Source: Nitrospinales bacterium
GTDB lineage: Bacteria; Nitrospinota; Nitrospinia; Nitrospinales; VA-1
Assembly: GCA_965223345.1 (NCBI GenBank)
Contig: CBDCWG010000012.1
Location: 1,600,001 to 1,664,000, forward strand
Reading direction: 5' to 3'
Length of the DNA: 64,000 nt
Numbering within the stretch: the stretch's first letter is position 1; each line of letters begins with the position of its first letter. Below the pieces are notes generated by a model. The model had not been told where the DNA came from. It made no database searches and saw nothing but the letters and a program-made list of their open reading frames with translations. Shown one piece after another: positions 39,068 through 49,460 of the stretch. The position numbers were made by a program, and so were the translations under genes.

Positions 39068-39466
39068 TCAGCCTGCCGCCTCGTTTTCCACCTCATGGTG
39101 GTAGTAATTGGCGAAATCCTTGATCGATAAGATTCCCACCACTTTTTTGTTGGCCGTCACGGCGATGTGGCGGATGTTGTGCTGATGCATGCAGCGATAG
39201 GCGTCCATCATCGACTTTTCCTGATCCAGGCTGATCAGCGGATGGGCCAGGATGTCGGCGATTTTTGTCTTTTGCGGGTCGAGCTTTTTCGCCAGCACCT
39301 TGTGTGAGAAATCGACCGTCGTCACGATCCCCAGATAGCGTTTGCCATCGTAAACCAGCAGGGCTCCCACCTTGTTTTCCAGCATGAATGCGGCCGCTTC
39401 TGTGACGCTGGCCTGCGGCGCCACGCTGAGCAGAGACTCCTCCATGAATTGAACGATCTTGTCCAT
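39068..39466 (-). CDS. CBS-pair protein
   Basis: KVGALLV...LGIVT and NIRHIAV...VVGILSIKD. Confidence 0.9.
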   Translation of the reverse strand: MDKIVQFMEESLLSVAPQASVTEAAAFMLENKVGALLVYDGKRYLGIVTTVDFSHKVLAKKLDPQKTKIADILAHPLISLDQEKSMMDAYRCMHQHNIRHIAVTANKKVVGILSIKDFANYYHHEVENEAAG

Positions 39467-39691
39467 CTTTCCCTCCCTAGTTCGCTATTGAAAACAATCG
39501 TGGTTTCCCGTCCCGGCGGCGATCTCTTTGAAAAACGGTGTCATAATTTACATTAATATGGTAAAATATAGTATAAAAAAATGCAATAACCCTGTTTTCT
39601 GTTCAAGTTTTTGATAACCGCCGGTTTTTTGAGCCAAGTGGCGGTTTTTCATAGGTTTTGAACCCGATTTTTCCATTTTAGGGGGCACTTT

Positions 39692-40273
39692 ATGAGCACC
39701 ACCGGTTTTGTGATTCTGGGGATCGTGCTGTTCGGCGTTGTGGCCATTCTGGGATACGCCTTCATCATCTACAACGGACTGATCGCCCTCAAGGAAAACA
39801 TCAAGAAATCCTGGGCGAACATCGATGTGATCCTGAAACAGCGCTACGACGAGCTGCCGAAACTGATTTCGGTGTGTGAGAGTTACGCGGCGTTCGAAAA
39901 AGGGGTGCTGGACCGCCTGATGCAGGCGCGGGAAAAATACGTCGGCGCTTCGGGCGTCAGCGAGAAAGCGGAGGCGAGCGGGGAGATCAGCGCAGCCCTC
40001 AAAAGTCTGTTCGCCCTGGCGGAGAATTATCCCGAGCTCAAGGCCAACACCAATTTCATGCAGCTGCAGAACCGGATTTCCCATCTGGAAGAGTCGCTGG
40101 CGGACCGGCGCGAGTTTTACAACGACAGCGTCAACAACTACAACATCCGCATCCAGCAGATCCCGGATGTGTTCGTCGCGGCGTTTTTGCGTTACCAGCG
40201 CGAAGAGATGTTCCAGGTTTCCGAAGCGGAACGCCAGGATGTGGACGTGAACATCAAACTGCCGCAGATGTGA
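39692..40273 (+). CDS. lemA: LemA family protein
   Basis: N-terminal TM, WANIDVILKQRYD, AENYPELKANTNFMQLQ, RREFYND. Confidence 0.93.
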   Translation: MSTTGFVILGIVLFGVVAILGYAFIIYNGLIALKENIKKSWANIDVILKQRYDELPKLISVCESYAAFEKGVLDRLMQAREKYVGASGVSEKAEASGEISAALKSLFALAENYPELKANTNFMQLQNRISHLEESLADRREFYNDSVNNYNIRIQQIPDVFVAAFLRYQREEMFQVSEAERQDVDVNIKLPQM

Positions 40274-40280
40274 ACGTCCG

Positions 40281-41249
40281 ATGTATATCAATGTGGAAAC
40301 CCTATCCTATGGCGTGGTCGGCGCCGGACTGGGGCTGTACTGGTTTCTCTCCGGGTTCAGGCAGCTGAAATCCTCGCGCACCATCCAGAATATTCCCACC
40401 TCGCGCATCGCCACCGGGGCGGTGGGCGCCAACGTCGAAATCAAGGGGAAAATTCTCAGGCCAAACGGCCAGCTTTTGTCCGGGCCCATCAGCGGCAGAA
40501 GTTGCAGCTTTTTTTCCATCGAAATCCAGAAACTCGTGCGCACCAAAAACAGCAGGCGCTGGGTGCGGGTCGATCAGTTTTATTCGGACGAACATTTTTT
40601 CGTGGACGATGGCAGCGGCGCGCTGGCTCAGGTGTTCGTCAAGGGCGCGGTGATCCAGAGAAAAGGGGCGAACGACACCTTCCGCTCGCGCTCCAGCAAT
40701 TTCGGTTCCATGCCGCAGGGCTTGCGGGCCGCATTGCAACGGCAGAGCCGGTTCAACCTCAACCCGGCCTCCTGGTTTTTTTCCAGGGAATACCGGTTCA
40801 TCGAATGGCGCTTCGAGCCGCAGGAAACCGTGTATGTGCTGGGATACGCCGACTCGGGGCTCAAGATCCGCAACCGGCCGAAACTCAAATTTGCGCATTT
40901 TCTTGCCGGAAAAAAGCAGATCGAAGCCGATCCGAAATTGCAGGAACGCTTCGACACCAATCAGGACGGGATGCTGGATGAAAGCGAGATGGAACGGGGC
41001 GCGCAGCTCATCGGTTTGAAACTGCAAGAGACGGCAACCCCGGCGGTTGCGGAAGCGGCGCCTTTGCAGGCGAAGATGGTTTTCCGCCGGCGCAAACCGC
41101 ATGCTTATTTCATCAGCAACATGAAAGAAGAGGATCTGGTGAAAAAGCTTTCCTGGAAAGCCACCCTCAAACTGTGGGGCGGCCCGGTGGTGGCGATCGG
41201 CAGCGCGGCGTACCTGTTCTGGTTTCTCATGCTGGGCAAGGACCTGTGA
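40281..41249 (+). CDS. GIDE-like membrane protein with an EF-hand-like loop
   Basis: TM at both ends, IQNIPTSRIA, FFVDDGSG, DTNQDGMLDESE; directly follows lemA. Confidence 0.72.
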   Translation: MYINVETLSYGVVGAGLGLYWFLSGFRQLKSSRTIQNIPTSRIATGAVGANVEIKGKILRPNGQLLSGPISGRSCSFFSIEIQKLVRTKNSRRWVRVDQFYSDEHFFVDDGSGALAQVFVKGAVIQRKGANDTFRSRSSNFGSMPQGLRAALQRQSRFNLNPASWFFSREYRFIEWRFEPQETVYVLGYADSGLKIRNRPKLKFAHFLAGKKQIEADPKLQERFDTNQDGMLDESEMERGAQLIGLKLQETATPAVAEAAPLQAKMVFRRRKPHAYFISNMKEEDLVKKLSWKATLKLWGGPVVAIGSAAYLFWFLMLGKDL

Positions 41250-41376
41250 GCGGTCGTTTTGTTTTTCGCAGCAAACCGTTCGCGGGTTTTTCTTTTGAAC
41301 GCAGGCAGCAGGAAAAATGCATTACAGATTTACACACAGGCTTCATGCAGATTATCCGGCATCGCACATAAAGGCT

Positions 41377-41405
41377 TGACTCTTGAAGGAACTCGCTTTA
41401 TCTTT
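41377..41405 (+). promoter_or_regulatory. Sigma-70-like promoter
   Basis: TTGACT-N17-TATCTT about 230 nt upstream of the HDOD gene. Confidence 0.45.
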
Positions 41406-41632
41406 ACATGGAATTTTAGGGGGCCGGAATGGACAACGTCCAGATCACTCCGGGTTTCTTTCTTCATGTTTGCATGATGCACGGACGGCAGGCTGCTCCC
41501 GGCCGTGCCCTTTCTACCAGCCGGACCTAGAAACCCAATCCCCCCGATCGGCATTTCTTTCCCAATCCCATGTCTGCACTGTCCCAAACGTGCAACGTTT
41601 TTTCAACTTCCCGGAAATGAGAACCTGAAATC

Positions 41633-42481
41633 ATGGATATCAACCATCTGTTGGATGGAGACGACCAGCTCGCCACCCTTCCCGAGGTGTTTTACAAACT
41701 GAACGCGGCGATCGAAGACCCGGACTGCACGTTCGACGAGATCGGGGAGATCATCAGCGTGGACCCCGGCCTGACCGTGCGGCTGCTGCGCATCGTCAAC
41801 AGCGCGTTTTACGGTTTTTCCACCCAGGTCGAAACGGTGACGCACGCGTTGACGATCATCGGCACGGATCAGTTGACGCAGCTCGTGCTCGCGACCTCGG
41901 TGATGAACCAGTTTAAGGACATCCCCGCGGACCTGCTCGACATGGAATCGTTCTGGCAGCACAGCATCGCGGCGGGGCTGGCGGCGCGCACCCTGGCGGC
42001 GCTGAGCGGCGAATACAATGTCGAACGGTTTTTTGTGGCCGGGCTGCTGCACGACATCGGGCGGCTGATCCTGTGTGTGCGCGCTCCGGAGAAGACCGGC
42101 GAGATTCTCAAAGCTGGCGCGCAAAGCGAACGGCCGCTGTATGTGCTGGAGCAGGAGATCCTGGGATTCGATCACGCGGAGGTGGGCGGCAGACTGCTGC
42201 TCAGCTGGAACCTGCCGGAACGGCTGGCCGAATCGATCAAGTGGCACCACCAGCCCTCGAAGGCGCGCAACCACATCGAGGAGGCGGCTGTGGTCAACCT
42301 CGCCGACGGCATCTCTTATTCGATGGAAATCGGCGGCAGCGGCGAGACCTTTCTGCCTCCCCTCGACCCCAAATCCTGGGAGCACGTGGGGCTGCCGGAA
42401 AGCCTGTATCTGCCGATGGTCAAGGAGAAGGTGGACCTGCAGTTCGAAGATGTGGCGGGCATCCTGTTACAGCATGCCTGA
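41633..42481 (+). CDS. HDOD domain protein
   Basis: DPGLTVRLLRIVNSAFYG, FWQHS, AGLLHDIGRL, DHAEVG. Confidence 0.93.
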   Translation: MDINHLLDGDDQLATLPEVFYKLNAAIEDPDCTFDEIGEIISVDPGLTVRLLRIVNSAFYGFSTQVETVTHALTIIGTDQLTQLVLATSVMNQFKDIPADLLDMESFWQHSIAAGLAARTLAALSGEYNVERFFVAGLLHDIGRLILCVRAPEKTGEILKAGAQSERPLYVLEQEILGFDHAEVGGRLLLSWNLPERLAESIKWHHQPSKARNHIEEAAVVNLADGISYSMEIGGSGETFLPPLDPKSWEHVGLPESLYLPMVKEKVDLQFEDVAGILLQHA

Positions 42482-42589
42482 AGTGCGTTTTTTTCCTTTG
42501 CAACGATCCCTTTCTTTTCAGCGAGCGTCGGCCACGGCATCGAAAGCCTGCTTCCCGGTGCGACCGGGCGGAACATCCTGTTCCCGTTG

Positions 42590-42805
42590 TTATGAAAAAT
42601 CCTTGAGATCGTCCTCGTCGAGGAGGTTTTCGGCGACGCCTCGCTCGATGATCTGATCGGCGAGCTCTCCGTGACCTCCCGGATCGTAATCCTGCACGTT
42701 CTGTTCGTCGAAATCGTCGAAGTAAACCGAGCGTTCCCCCTCCACCCAGTTGCGGATGCGATCGCTGAACCGCAACACCTTCTGCACTGCTTCGAGTTTT
42801 TCCAT
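42590..42805 (-). CDS. Small acidic hypothetical protein
   Basis: MEKLEAVQKVLRFS...; Asp/Glu-rich; host-like codons. Confidence 0.65.
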   Translation of the reverse strand: MEKLEAVQKVLRFSDRIRNWVEGERSVYFDDFDEQNVQDYDPGGHGELADQIIERGVAENLLDEDDLKDFS

Positions 42806-42893
42806 GATCGTTGTCGCTTCCGGGTGAAAGGATAAGGCGGCGTCCTCGCGCAACCCGGAGGTTGAAACCGCTTGCGGGTCGGGTTTAAACGGG

Positions 42894-43091
42894 TCAGTTG
42901 AGGGACAACACCGCGGCTTCCTTACCCAAACAATCCGCCAGCTGGGTGTAGAAATAATAGCCGGGAGCGATTTCCCGTTGCAGCCATCTGCGGTCGATTT
43001 GCATGCCGTCCCGAAGCCTGAGGACTTCCCGCAATGTCAGGGGGCGGGCCCGGTTCAGGAAGGAAAACGCCTCTGCGTGTGGTTTTTTCAT
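42894..43091 (-). CDS. Small hypothetical protein
   Basis: 65-aa ORF co-oriented with the neighbour; no motif. Confidence 0.45.
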   Translation of the reverse strand: MKKPHAEAFSFLNRARPLTLREVLRLRDGMQIDRRWLQREIAPGYYFYTQLADCLGKEAAVLSLN

Positions 43092-43437
43092 GATGGTCAG
43101 GATGTAAAAGAAACACGTCTCGCTGAATCGTCATTTAGATTCAAAAGAGCGGGTAAAAGTTGTGGGAAAAGACGATTTTTTTTCGCTTGCTCATAAAATC
43201 CCAGCAAATTCATAGGATTAAGGCGATCTGCTGCGTCTTCGGGTGAGCGGCACCCCATTTTAGGGAGAGGGAGAGATGCCGGATCGGCAACTTGCCGTTT
43301 CCCGCTCATTCAGTGCTTTACCGGTGCGCTGGAGCGTGGATAATGAAAGCCTGTTCGTTTGCGGTCGAAGGCGTCGGCCGGTTGTGTTTGCCGTTCGTTC
43401 AACCCCATCGGAACCTCATCCAATAAGGGGCAGCCAC

Positions 43438-44718
43438 ATGTCGGGCCTGCAGATCGCCTCCGTTTTGCTGGGAATCTCCGCCCTGATCGGTTATCTCAAC
43501 GAGCGCTTCCTGAAAATGCCGGGCACCACCGGTCACTTTCTTTTGGGGATTCTTTTTTCTCTCGCGATCATTGTCTGCGAATTTTTTGCCCTTCTCCCCG
43601 TTCATTCCGAGCTCAGGGATATCATTCGCAGCGCCGATTTCAGCGAGGTCCTCATCGGCGGCATGCTCAGCGTGCTGCTTTTTGCAGGCGGCCTGCACAC
43701 CCGGCTCGACATTTTGCAGGAGCAAAAGAGAACGGTTTTCGCGCTGGCTTTTTTCTCCACGCTTTTGAATACCCTGGTTGTGGGAGGGGGACTGTACGGG
43801 TTGTCCCAGCTTTTGGGTTTTCCGTTCACCCTCCTGCAGGCGATGGTTTTCGGCGCGCTTATTTCACCCACCGATCCGTTGACGGCGCTTGCGGTGCTGA
43901 CGAAACTGGGCATTCCCAAGCGGCTGGAGACCATCCTCGTCGGGGAATCCTTGTTCAACGACGGCATCGGACTGGTGCTTTTCACGGTGCTTTCGTCGGC
44001 GGCTTTCAGTGGCGAACAGGTTTCCCTTCAGGAGGGACTTCTTCTTTTTGTCCGGGAAACCGCAGGAGGCCTGGTGATGGGTTTTCTGCTGGCGGGCGTC
44101 ACGCATTATCTGGTGAAAAGCAGTTCGGATCTGATCACGCACACGATCATCACCATTGCGGCGGTGATGGGCGGTTATGCGGCCAGCCTGGTCCTGCATG
44201 TTTCCGGTCCGGTTGCGATGGTGGTGTTCGGGCTCATCGCCGGAAATCACACATTCGAAACCCGAATGAACAGGAAGGAACGCCGGGACACGCATCTGTT
44301 CTGGACGATTCTCGACGACGTTCTTTCCGCGGTGCTGTTTGTCATGATCGGGTTGCAACTGGTTCGCATCCCCTACGGCCTGGACTTTCTCCTGACGGGC
44401 AGTCTTGCCATCGTGCTGGTGCTTGCCAGCCGTTACGTTTCGCTGGCGGGCGCTTTGAATCTGCTGTTCATCGAACGATGCTGCAGTCGCTCACAGTTTG
44501 GCATCGTGAATCTGCTGAGCTGGAGTGGACTGCGTGGCGGGCTTTCCATTGCGATGGCGTTCAACCTGCCCGTCGATGCCCCGGTCAAACCGCTGATCCT
44601 GGACATGACGTTTGCGGTGGTGGCTTTCTCCATTCTGGTGCAGGGGCTGACGATCCAAAGGTTTTTCCCCAAACACAAACTCGAGAAACTGTCCCGGCAG
44701 ATGGAATCGCAGACTTGA
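43438..44718 (+). CDS. CPA1 (NhaP-type) cation/H+ antiporter
   Basis: FGALISPTDP, GESLFNDG, WSGLRGGLSIA; about 12 TM segments. Confidence 0.92.
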   Translation: MSGLQIASVLLGISALIGYLNERFLKMPGTTGHFLLGILFSLAIIVCEFFALLPVHSELRDIIRSADFSEVLIGGMLSVLLFAGGLHTRLDILQEQKRTVFALAFFSTLLNTLVVGGGLYGLSQLLGFPFTLLQAMVFGALISPTDPLTALAVLTKLGIPKRLETILVGESLFNDGIGLVLFTVLSSAAFSGEQVSLQEGLLLFVRETAGGLVMGFLLAGVTHYLVKSSSDLITHTIITIAAVMGGYAASLVLHVSGPVAMVVFGLIAGNHTFETRMNRKERRDTHLFWTILDDVLSAVLFVMIGLQLVRIPYGLDFLLTGSLAIVLVLASRYVSLAGALNLLFIERCCSRSQFGIVNLLSWSGLRGGLSIAMAFNLPVDAPVKPLILDMTFAVVAFSILVQGLTIQRFFPKHKLEKLSRQMESQT

Positions 44719-44762
44719 TTTCAGGCTGCGCTGCTCAAGCTCTTCGTGGTCTGACGGACACG

Positions 44763-46316
44763 TCAGGGTTTGTGGCCGTTGGCGCCTGTGAAATCGGCGT
44801 CGCTGGTGTCGGCGCCGGTGAGGTCCGCGCCGGTGAGGTTGGATTTGTCGAGTTTCGCTTCGCCGAGCTTGGCGTTTTTCAGGCGCGACCCGTTGAGGTC
44901 GGCGCCGCTGAGCCGGGAAAATTCCAGGTCGGCGCGGCTGAAATCGGTGCCGCTCAGATCGGCGCCGCTGAAATCCGCATGAGCGGCGCGGCAGCCCATC
45001 AATTCCGCGCCTTTGAGATTCGCGTCTTTGAGGTTGGCCTTTTCCAGATTGACCCCGACGAGATTGCAGTTTTCCAGGCAGGCCTTCTCCAGCACCGCCT
45101 CGGAAAGGTTCGCCCGGCTGAGGTCGGAACGGGACAGGTCGGCGCTGGAAAAATCCGCGCCGGTGAGGTCCGCACCGGAAAGATCGGCGTTTTGCAGCTG
45201 CACCTGCATGAGCTTGGCTTTTTTCAGGTTCGCTTTCGGCAGCCGGGCGCTGTTGAGGTTGGCTTCCTGCAGTTTGATCCGGCCCAGGTCCGCACCCCGC
45301 AGCGTGACGTCGGTCAGGTTGGCTCCGGTCATGTCGGCGATGTGCAGGTTGGCTTCGCTCAGGTTTGAGTTTTTAAACTGCGTGCGCCTTAAGATCGAAC
45401 CGTTGAGGTTGGCGCGGCTGAGATCCGCCTTGTTGAGCGTGGCCTCGGAAAGGTCGGCGTTGGTGAGGTCCGCCCGCGGCAGCGACGCGTCGGTGAAATC
45501 GACGCCCACAAGGCGCGCTCCCTTGACCTTGGCGCGGTTCATGATCGCGCGTTGAAAGTTGGCCTCGAAAAATACCGCCATGCTGAGTTTGGAATCGGTG
45601 AAATCCACATCGGTGAGGTCGGCGCCGTTGAACTTGGCGCGGCTGAGATCGGCTTCCACGATCTTGGCGCCCGGCAGCTTGGCGCGGGTGAACTCCGCGC
45701 GGGAGAAATCCACTTCGTTCAGGTTGCAGCCGGAAAGATCGGCCTTGATGAATTTCGACTGGCGCAGGTTGGCGCGCTCCAGATTCGCGCCCTTGAGGTT
45801 GGCCCCGTTCAGCACCGCTTCGATGAGGACGGCGTCCTCGAGTTTGGCCTCGGACAGGTCGGCATCGTTCATCACGCAGGCAACGAGATCGGCCTCCGAC
45901 AGGTCGGCTTTGCTGAGCCGGGCTTTTTCCAGCGTGGTGCCTGAAAGGTCGGCGCGCGTGAGGTTGGTTCCCTCGAGATTGGTTTCGCTCAGGTTGGCTT
46001 TGTAAAAGTTGAGATCGGAAAGGTCGAGCCCGGAAAGGTTCACGCCTTTCAGGGGCTGGAATTCTTCTTCCTCTTCTTCTTCGTCAGCTTCGCCGGTCTC
46101 GGCTTCCGTTTCTTCCTGGACTTCCTCCGTCTCAGCCGACTCGTCGGTGTCTTCGGACTCTGCGTTTTCCTCTTCTTCGACCTCTTCCTCGACGACGATC
46201 TCCTCGATGATTTCTTCTTCCTCGAAAATCTCCTCGGGTTCCGCTTCCTTGGCTTTCAATGCTTCCGCCAGCTGAGCGAGCAGGGATTCGACCTCCTCGC
46301 GTGTGAAATCTGCCAT
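44763..46316 (-). CDS. Long pentapeptide-repeat protein with Glu-rich N-terminus
   Basis: More than 400 aa of A(D/N)LxX repeats after a poly-acidic tract. Confidence 0.93.
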   Translation of the reverse strand: MADFTREEVESLLAQLAEALKAKEAEPEEIFEEEEIIEEIVVEEEVEEEENAESEDTDESAETEEVQEETEAETGEADEEEEEEEFQPLKGVNLSGLDLSDLNFYKANLSETNLEGTNLTRADLSGTTLEKARLSKADLSEADLVACVMNDADLSEAKLEDAVLIEAVLNGANLKGANLERANLRQSKFIKADLSGCNLNEVDFSRAEFTRAKLPGAKIVEADLSRAKFNGADLTDVDFTDSKLSMAVFFEANFQRAIMNRAKVKGARLVGVDFTDASLPRADLTNADLSEATLNKADLSRANLNGSILRRTQFKNSNLSEANLHIADMTGANLTDVTLRGADLGRIKLQEANLNSARLPKANLKKAKLMQVQLQNADLSGADLTGADFSSADLSRSDLSRANLSEAVLEKACLENCNLVGVNLEKANLKDANLKGAELMGCRAAHADFSGADLSGTDFSRADLEFSRLSGADLNGSRLKNAKLGEAKLDKSNLTGADLTGADTSDADFTGANGHKP

Positions 46317-46523
46317 TGGCTTCAATTTCCTGAATGGGGTTCTGCAGCAAACAAGGGATTCCCTCCGGTTCGCTGCACGTGGGAAACCGCGGGGACACTT
46401 CGATCCTGCCGTGTGAAGACGCAGGTCAAGTTATAGCATAGAACAAAAATTATCTCACTTTTGCAAGTGGAGTTTGTCTTTTCAGGCAGCCTGTCCCCGG
46501 CCCGGTGTCCGCTTACGCTTTAC

Positions 46524-47297
46524 TCAGCGGCAGGAGTACATATTGCAGAACAGGGTGACGACTTTTCTCAACCGCGAGTCGAGATTTTCGTACACCTTGT
46601 CTTCGATCGATTCGGGGATGTCGCCGTAAAACGCCTGTGCGATGCCGCCGGTGATGCAGGCGATGGTGTCGCTGTCGCCGCCGATGGAGATCGCCTTGCG
46701 AATGGCGTCTTCAAAGTTTTCCGATTCCAGAAACGCGGTGATCGCAGGCGGCACCGTGCCCTGACAGGAGGGATCGTACTGGTAGCGCTCGCGGATCGCT
46801 TCCAGCGGTTCGTCCAGTTTGTAGCCGAAGGTTTCGCGGATGTAGTCGGCGATTTCGGTTTTGTTTTTTCCTGTGCGCGCCAGAAAGACCGCGGCGGCGG
46901 TGGCCTGAGCGCCGCGGATGCCTTCTTCGTGATTGTGCGTGACCTCGGCGCTTTTTCGGGCCATCTCTAAAACCTCATCGAGGCTGTCGTATGCAAATCC
47001 GATGGGACTGACGCGCATGGCCGCGCCGTTGCCCCAGCTGTTGTAGGCTTCCTTGTCGGCGCTCGAAGCCCAGCGGATGAACCCCGTGCCGTAGCCGGCG
47101 TTGGGATACAGGTTGTAATATTCTTTGAGTTTTTCCGTGTATTCGCTGCCGAATAAAATGCTGTCCGCCAGCGCCACTGTCAGCACCGTGTCGTCGGTGA
47201 ATTTGGAATCCTGGCTGAATAAAGGAAAAGAGGTGGTTTTGACATTGTTACTTTCATAGACGGAACCAATGATGTCCCCAGCAATCGCCCCAATCAT
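46524..47297 (-). CDS. ADP-ribosylglycohydrolase (DraG/ARH family)
   Basis: GAIAGDIIGS, FTDDT, SWGNGAAMRVSP, GGDSDTIACITG. Confidence 0.93.
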   Translation of the reverse strand: MIGAIAGDIIGSVYESNNVKTTSFPLFSQDSKFTDDTVLTVALADSILFGSEYTEKLKEYYNLYPNAGYGTGFIRWASSADKEAYNSWGNGAAMRVSPIGFAYDSLDEVLEMARKSAEVTHNHEEGIRGAQATAAAVFLARTGKNKTEIADYIRETFGYKLDEPLEAIRERYQYDPSCQGTVPPAITAFLESENFEDAIRKAISIGGDSDTIACITGGIAQAFYGDIPESIEDKVYENLDSRLRKVVTLFCNMYSCR

Positions 47298-47658
47298 GAC
47301 TTCGTTCCCTGAAAATGGTTTAAAGATGGATGAGACTATTATACTGAGTCCGGCGTGGCTTCGCAGGCAGAAAAAAGCGGGGATCGGTATATTGAAATTT
47401 TTTGGGACAGGACGGAAGTGTGTTTAAATTTTATGTAATTATCGTTTTTTCCGGCTAATTGATTTTGCGGCCCGGGAGGGCGGTTTTCCCTGGCTTTGGG
47501 GCGGCTCATTTCGGAACGATCGGTATCTTCAATGCGGGAAACGGGGACCGGGATCGAGCTTTGTGTGGGTGGAGAGAGAGTCGGGGTGGATTCGAATTTC
47601 CCGCAGGCAGGCATGGGAACTCGCGTGCGTTTTTGTCCGCACGCGTTTCAGCAAATCC

Positions 47659-47949
47659 TCATTCGCTTTTCTTGATGAAGCCCACGAAGGCGATGAGCGC
47701 CATGACCACGCCCAGCGCGCCATATGCGAACACACCCCCGGAGGTTCCCGCCAGTTTCTTCATGAAATAAACCCGGTTGAGCACAAACGCCCAGTAATAG
47801 AAAAAACCATAGGAAGCCAGCAGGCCTATTTTGTGTTTTCCCAGCAGCAGAAACACGGAGCAGACAAGAGCGAACAATCCCACCTGCCCCATAGGGATGC
47901 TGAATGTCATGTCTGATAAAAATCCGAAACTTTGATTCACAGATTTCAT
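47659..47949 (-). CDS. Small three-TM membrane protein
   Basis: Hydrophobic 96-aa ORF with AGGTGGGG RBS. Confidence 0.7.
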   Translation of the reverse strand: MKSVNQSFGFLSDMTFSIPMGQVGLFALVCSVFLLLGKHKIGLLASYGFFYYWAFVLNRVYFMKKLAGTSGGVFAYGALGVVMALIAFVGFIKKSE

Positions 47950-48356
47950 GACCCCACCTTTGATCGGTTTGCAAGTATTATCGGAAGTGCGGCCGGCCGG
48001 GCCGCTTCTGAAATCTATTAATACTTTATTTTACAGTATTTTAATCGAATTTTGTGAAAAATCGGCGCGGCGAACGGGAGGACGGCTGAGCGCGGAGAAA
48101 GCGATTTTTCGCATTGCGCGATTTTTGAGCAAAATAATCGGTTTTTCAACGGCTTTGATCAAAGAAGCGTGGGGCTGAATCCGGGTTTTGACGGTCTTCG
48201 GGTCAGAATTTCGTGAAAATGCCTCATTTTCGCGCAGAAAAGCGGCGTCCCCGGTGGGTGCAGATCGGGCCGATGCTGAATTCAAAGGGTTTTTGAGCTT
48301 TTTGCGCGGCTGGTATGGAACTTGTAGATGAGAGGGGTTTTCGGGCCTCATCCCGC

Positions 48357-48581
48357 ATCGCCAACCAGAGCCTGCTCGGCCTGGCGCTGTTCCTGCCGCA
48401 CGGGGCGGAGATCTCCGTCGCGGGGTTCGTGCACAACCAGATCTACGTCACTGCCGGAAACATCGTGGGCGGCGGCCTCATGGTGGGCCTTGTCTACTGG
48501 TTCGCCGGCGCGGATTGCGGAAGCCACACCGCCGACGCCAAACTGAATGACCTGAAACCGGTGAAAGATGCGGAGGGGTGA
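48357..48581 (+). pseudogene. 3' remnant of a formate/nitrite transporter (NirC/FocA family)
   Basis: IANQSLLGLALF...HNQIYVTAGNIVGGGLMVGLVYW matches the FNT C-terminal signature; most of the protein is missing. Confidence 0.8.
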
Positions 48582-48653
48582 AAAACAGGATTTTGAATTC
48601 GGAGTCGGACTACTTTGGGGGTATTGACTGAGTGCATTCGAAATGATTTGATT

Positions 48654-49241
48654 TCATACCGTCGTTTTAACCGCAATCTTGTTTTGCGCTTTGGTTTTTT
48701 CCAGCAATTTTTCCCATTCGTTTTTCAAGTTAGCGATCATTTCTGAGCCGAGTTTCAATCGTTCTCGATTTTCCTCTAAAAATTGAAACGTTTCTTGCAT
48801 GGATTCGGTATTTTGTAAAGTGACGTAACATGAAAGTTTGTTCGCGTATTCATCTGCATAAGATTCTCGCTTACTTTTTCCTATTCCATGGGCCCTAACC
48901 TTTTCGACGTGATGCCCGATTTCGTGATAGAGCACGTTAGCGAAATCGATTTCAATGACCGGAAACATAATTTTTAAGGCTTTTGGATTCACTTTCTCGA
49001 AGATATTTTTTATATAAAGTTCGATGCGCGCGGGTCGATTGTTCCACTTGCAAAAATAGGCACCCAAGGCTCCTTCCTCACGGGAATTTTTATTCTCTGG
49101 AATATCCGTGACGAGGATGTGGGATAATTGAAGCAGGTCCGCATCGGGAACATGTTTTAAAAGCTTCTCTATAGAAGCTTTTATGTTTATTCCCAGCCTC
49201 TTGATTTCCGCTTTGCCTTTATCACTGATGATGATTTTCAT
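48654..49241 (-). CDS. AT-rich HExxH zinc-metallopeptidase-like protein
   Basis: VLYHEIGHHV...RESYADEYA (HExxH plus downstream E); visibly AT-rich. Confidence 0.72.
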   Translation of the reverse strand: MKIIISDKGKAEIKRLGINIKASIEKLLKHVPDADLLQLSHILVTDIPENKNSREEGALGAYFCKWNNRPARIELYIKNIFEKVNPKALKIMFPVIEIDFANVLYHEIGHHVEKVRAHGIGKSKRESYADEYANKLSCYVTLQNTESMQETFQFLEENRERLKLGSEMIANLKNEWEKLLEKTKAQNKIAVKTTV

Positions 49242-49460
49242 TTGTTCCTCTGCATAAATATTTATCTGTTTGTAGAGCAACCTGCATGCCAAATCAGAAG
49301 GGCTGAAAAACCGCGGGTTGTGAAAGAGGTATGGGGTCAGCATATAAAAATGTATGACATTTTGGACTACTTTCCCCTTTTCGTAAGACTTCTGGTAGCC
49401 TGCTTTTCTTTCGTGCTAATCTGATTCCCGACCTATATGAAATTTCTGGAGTTTTTGGCG

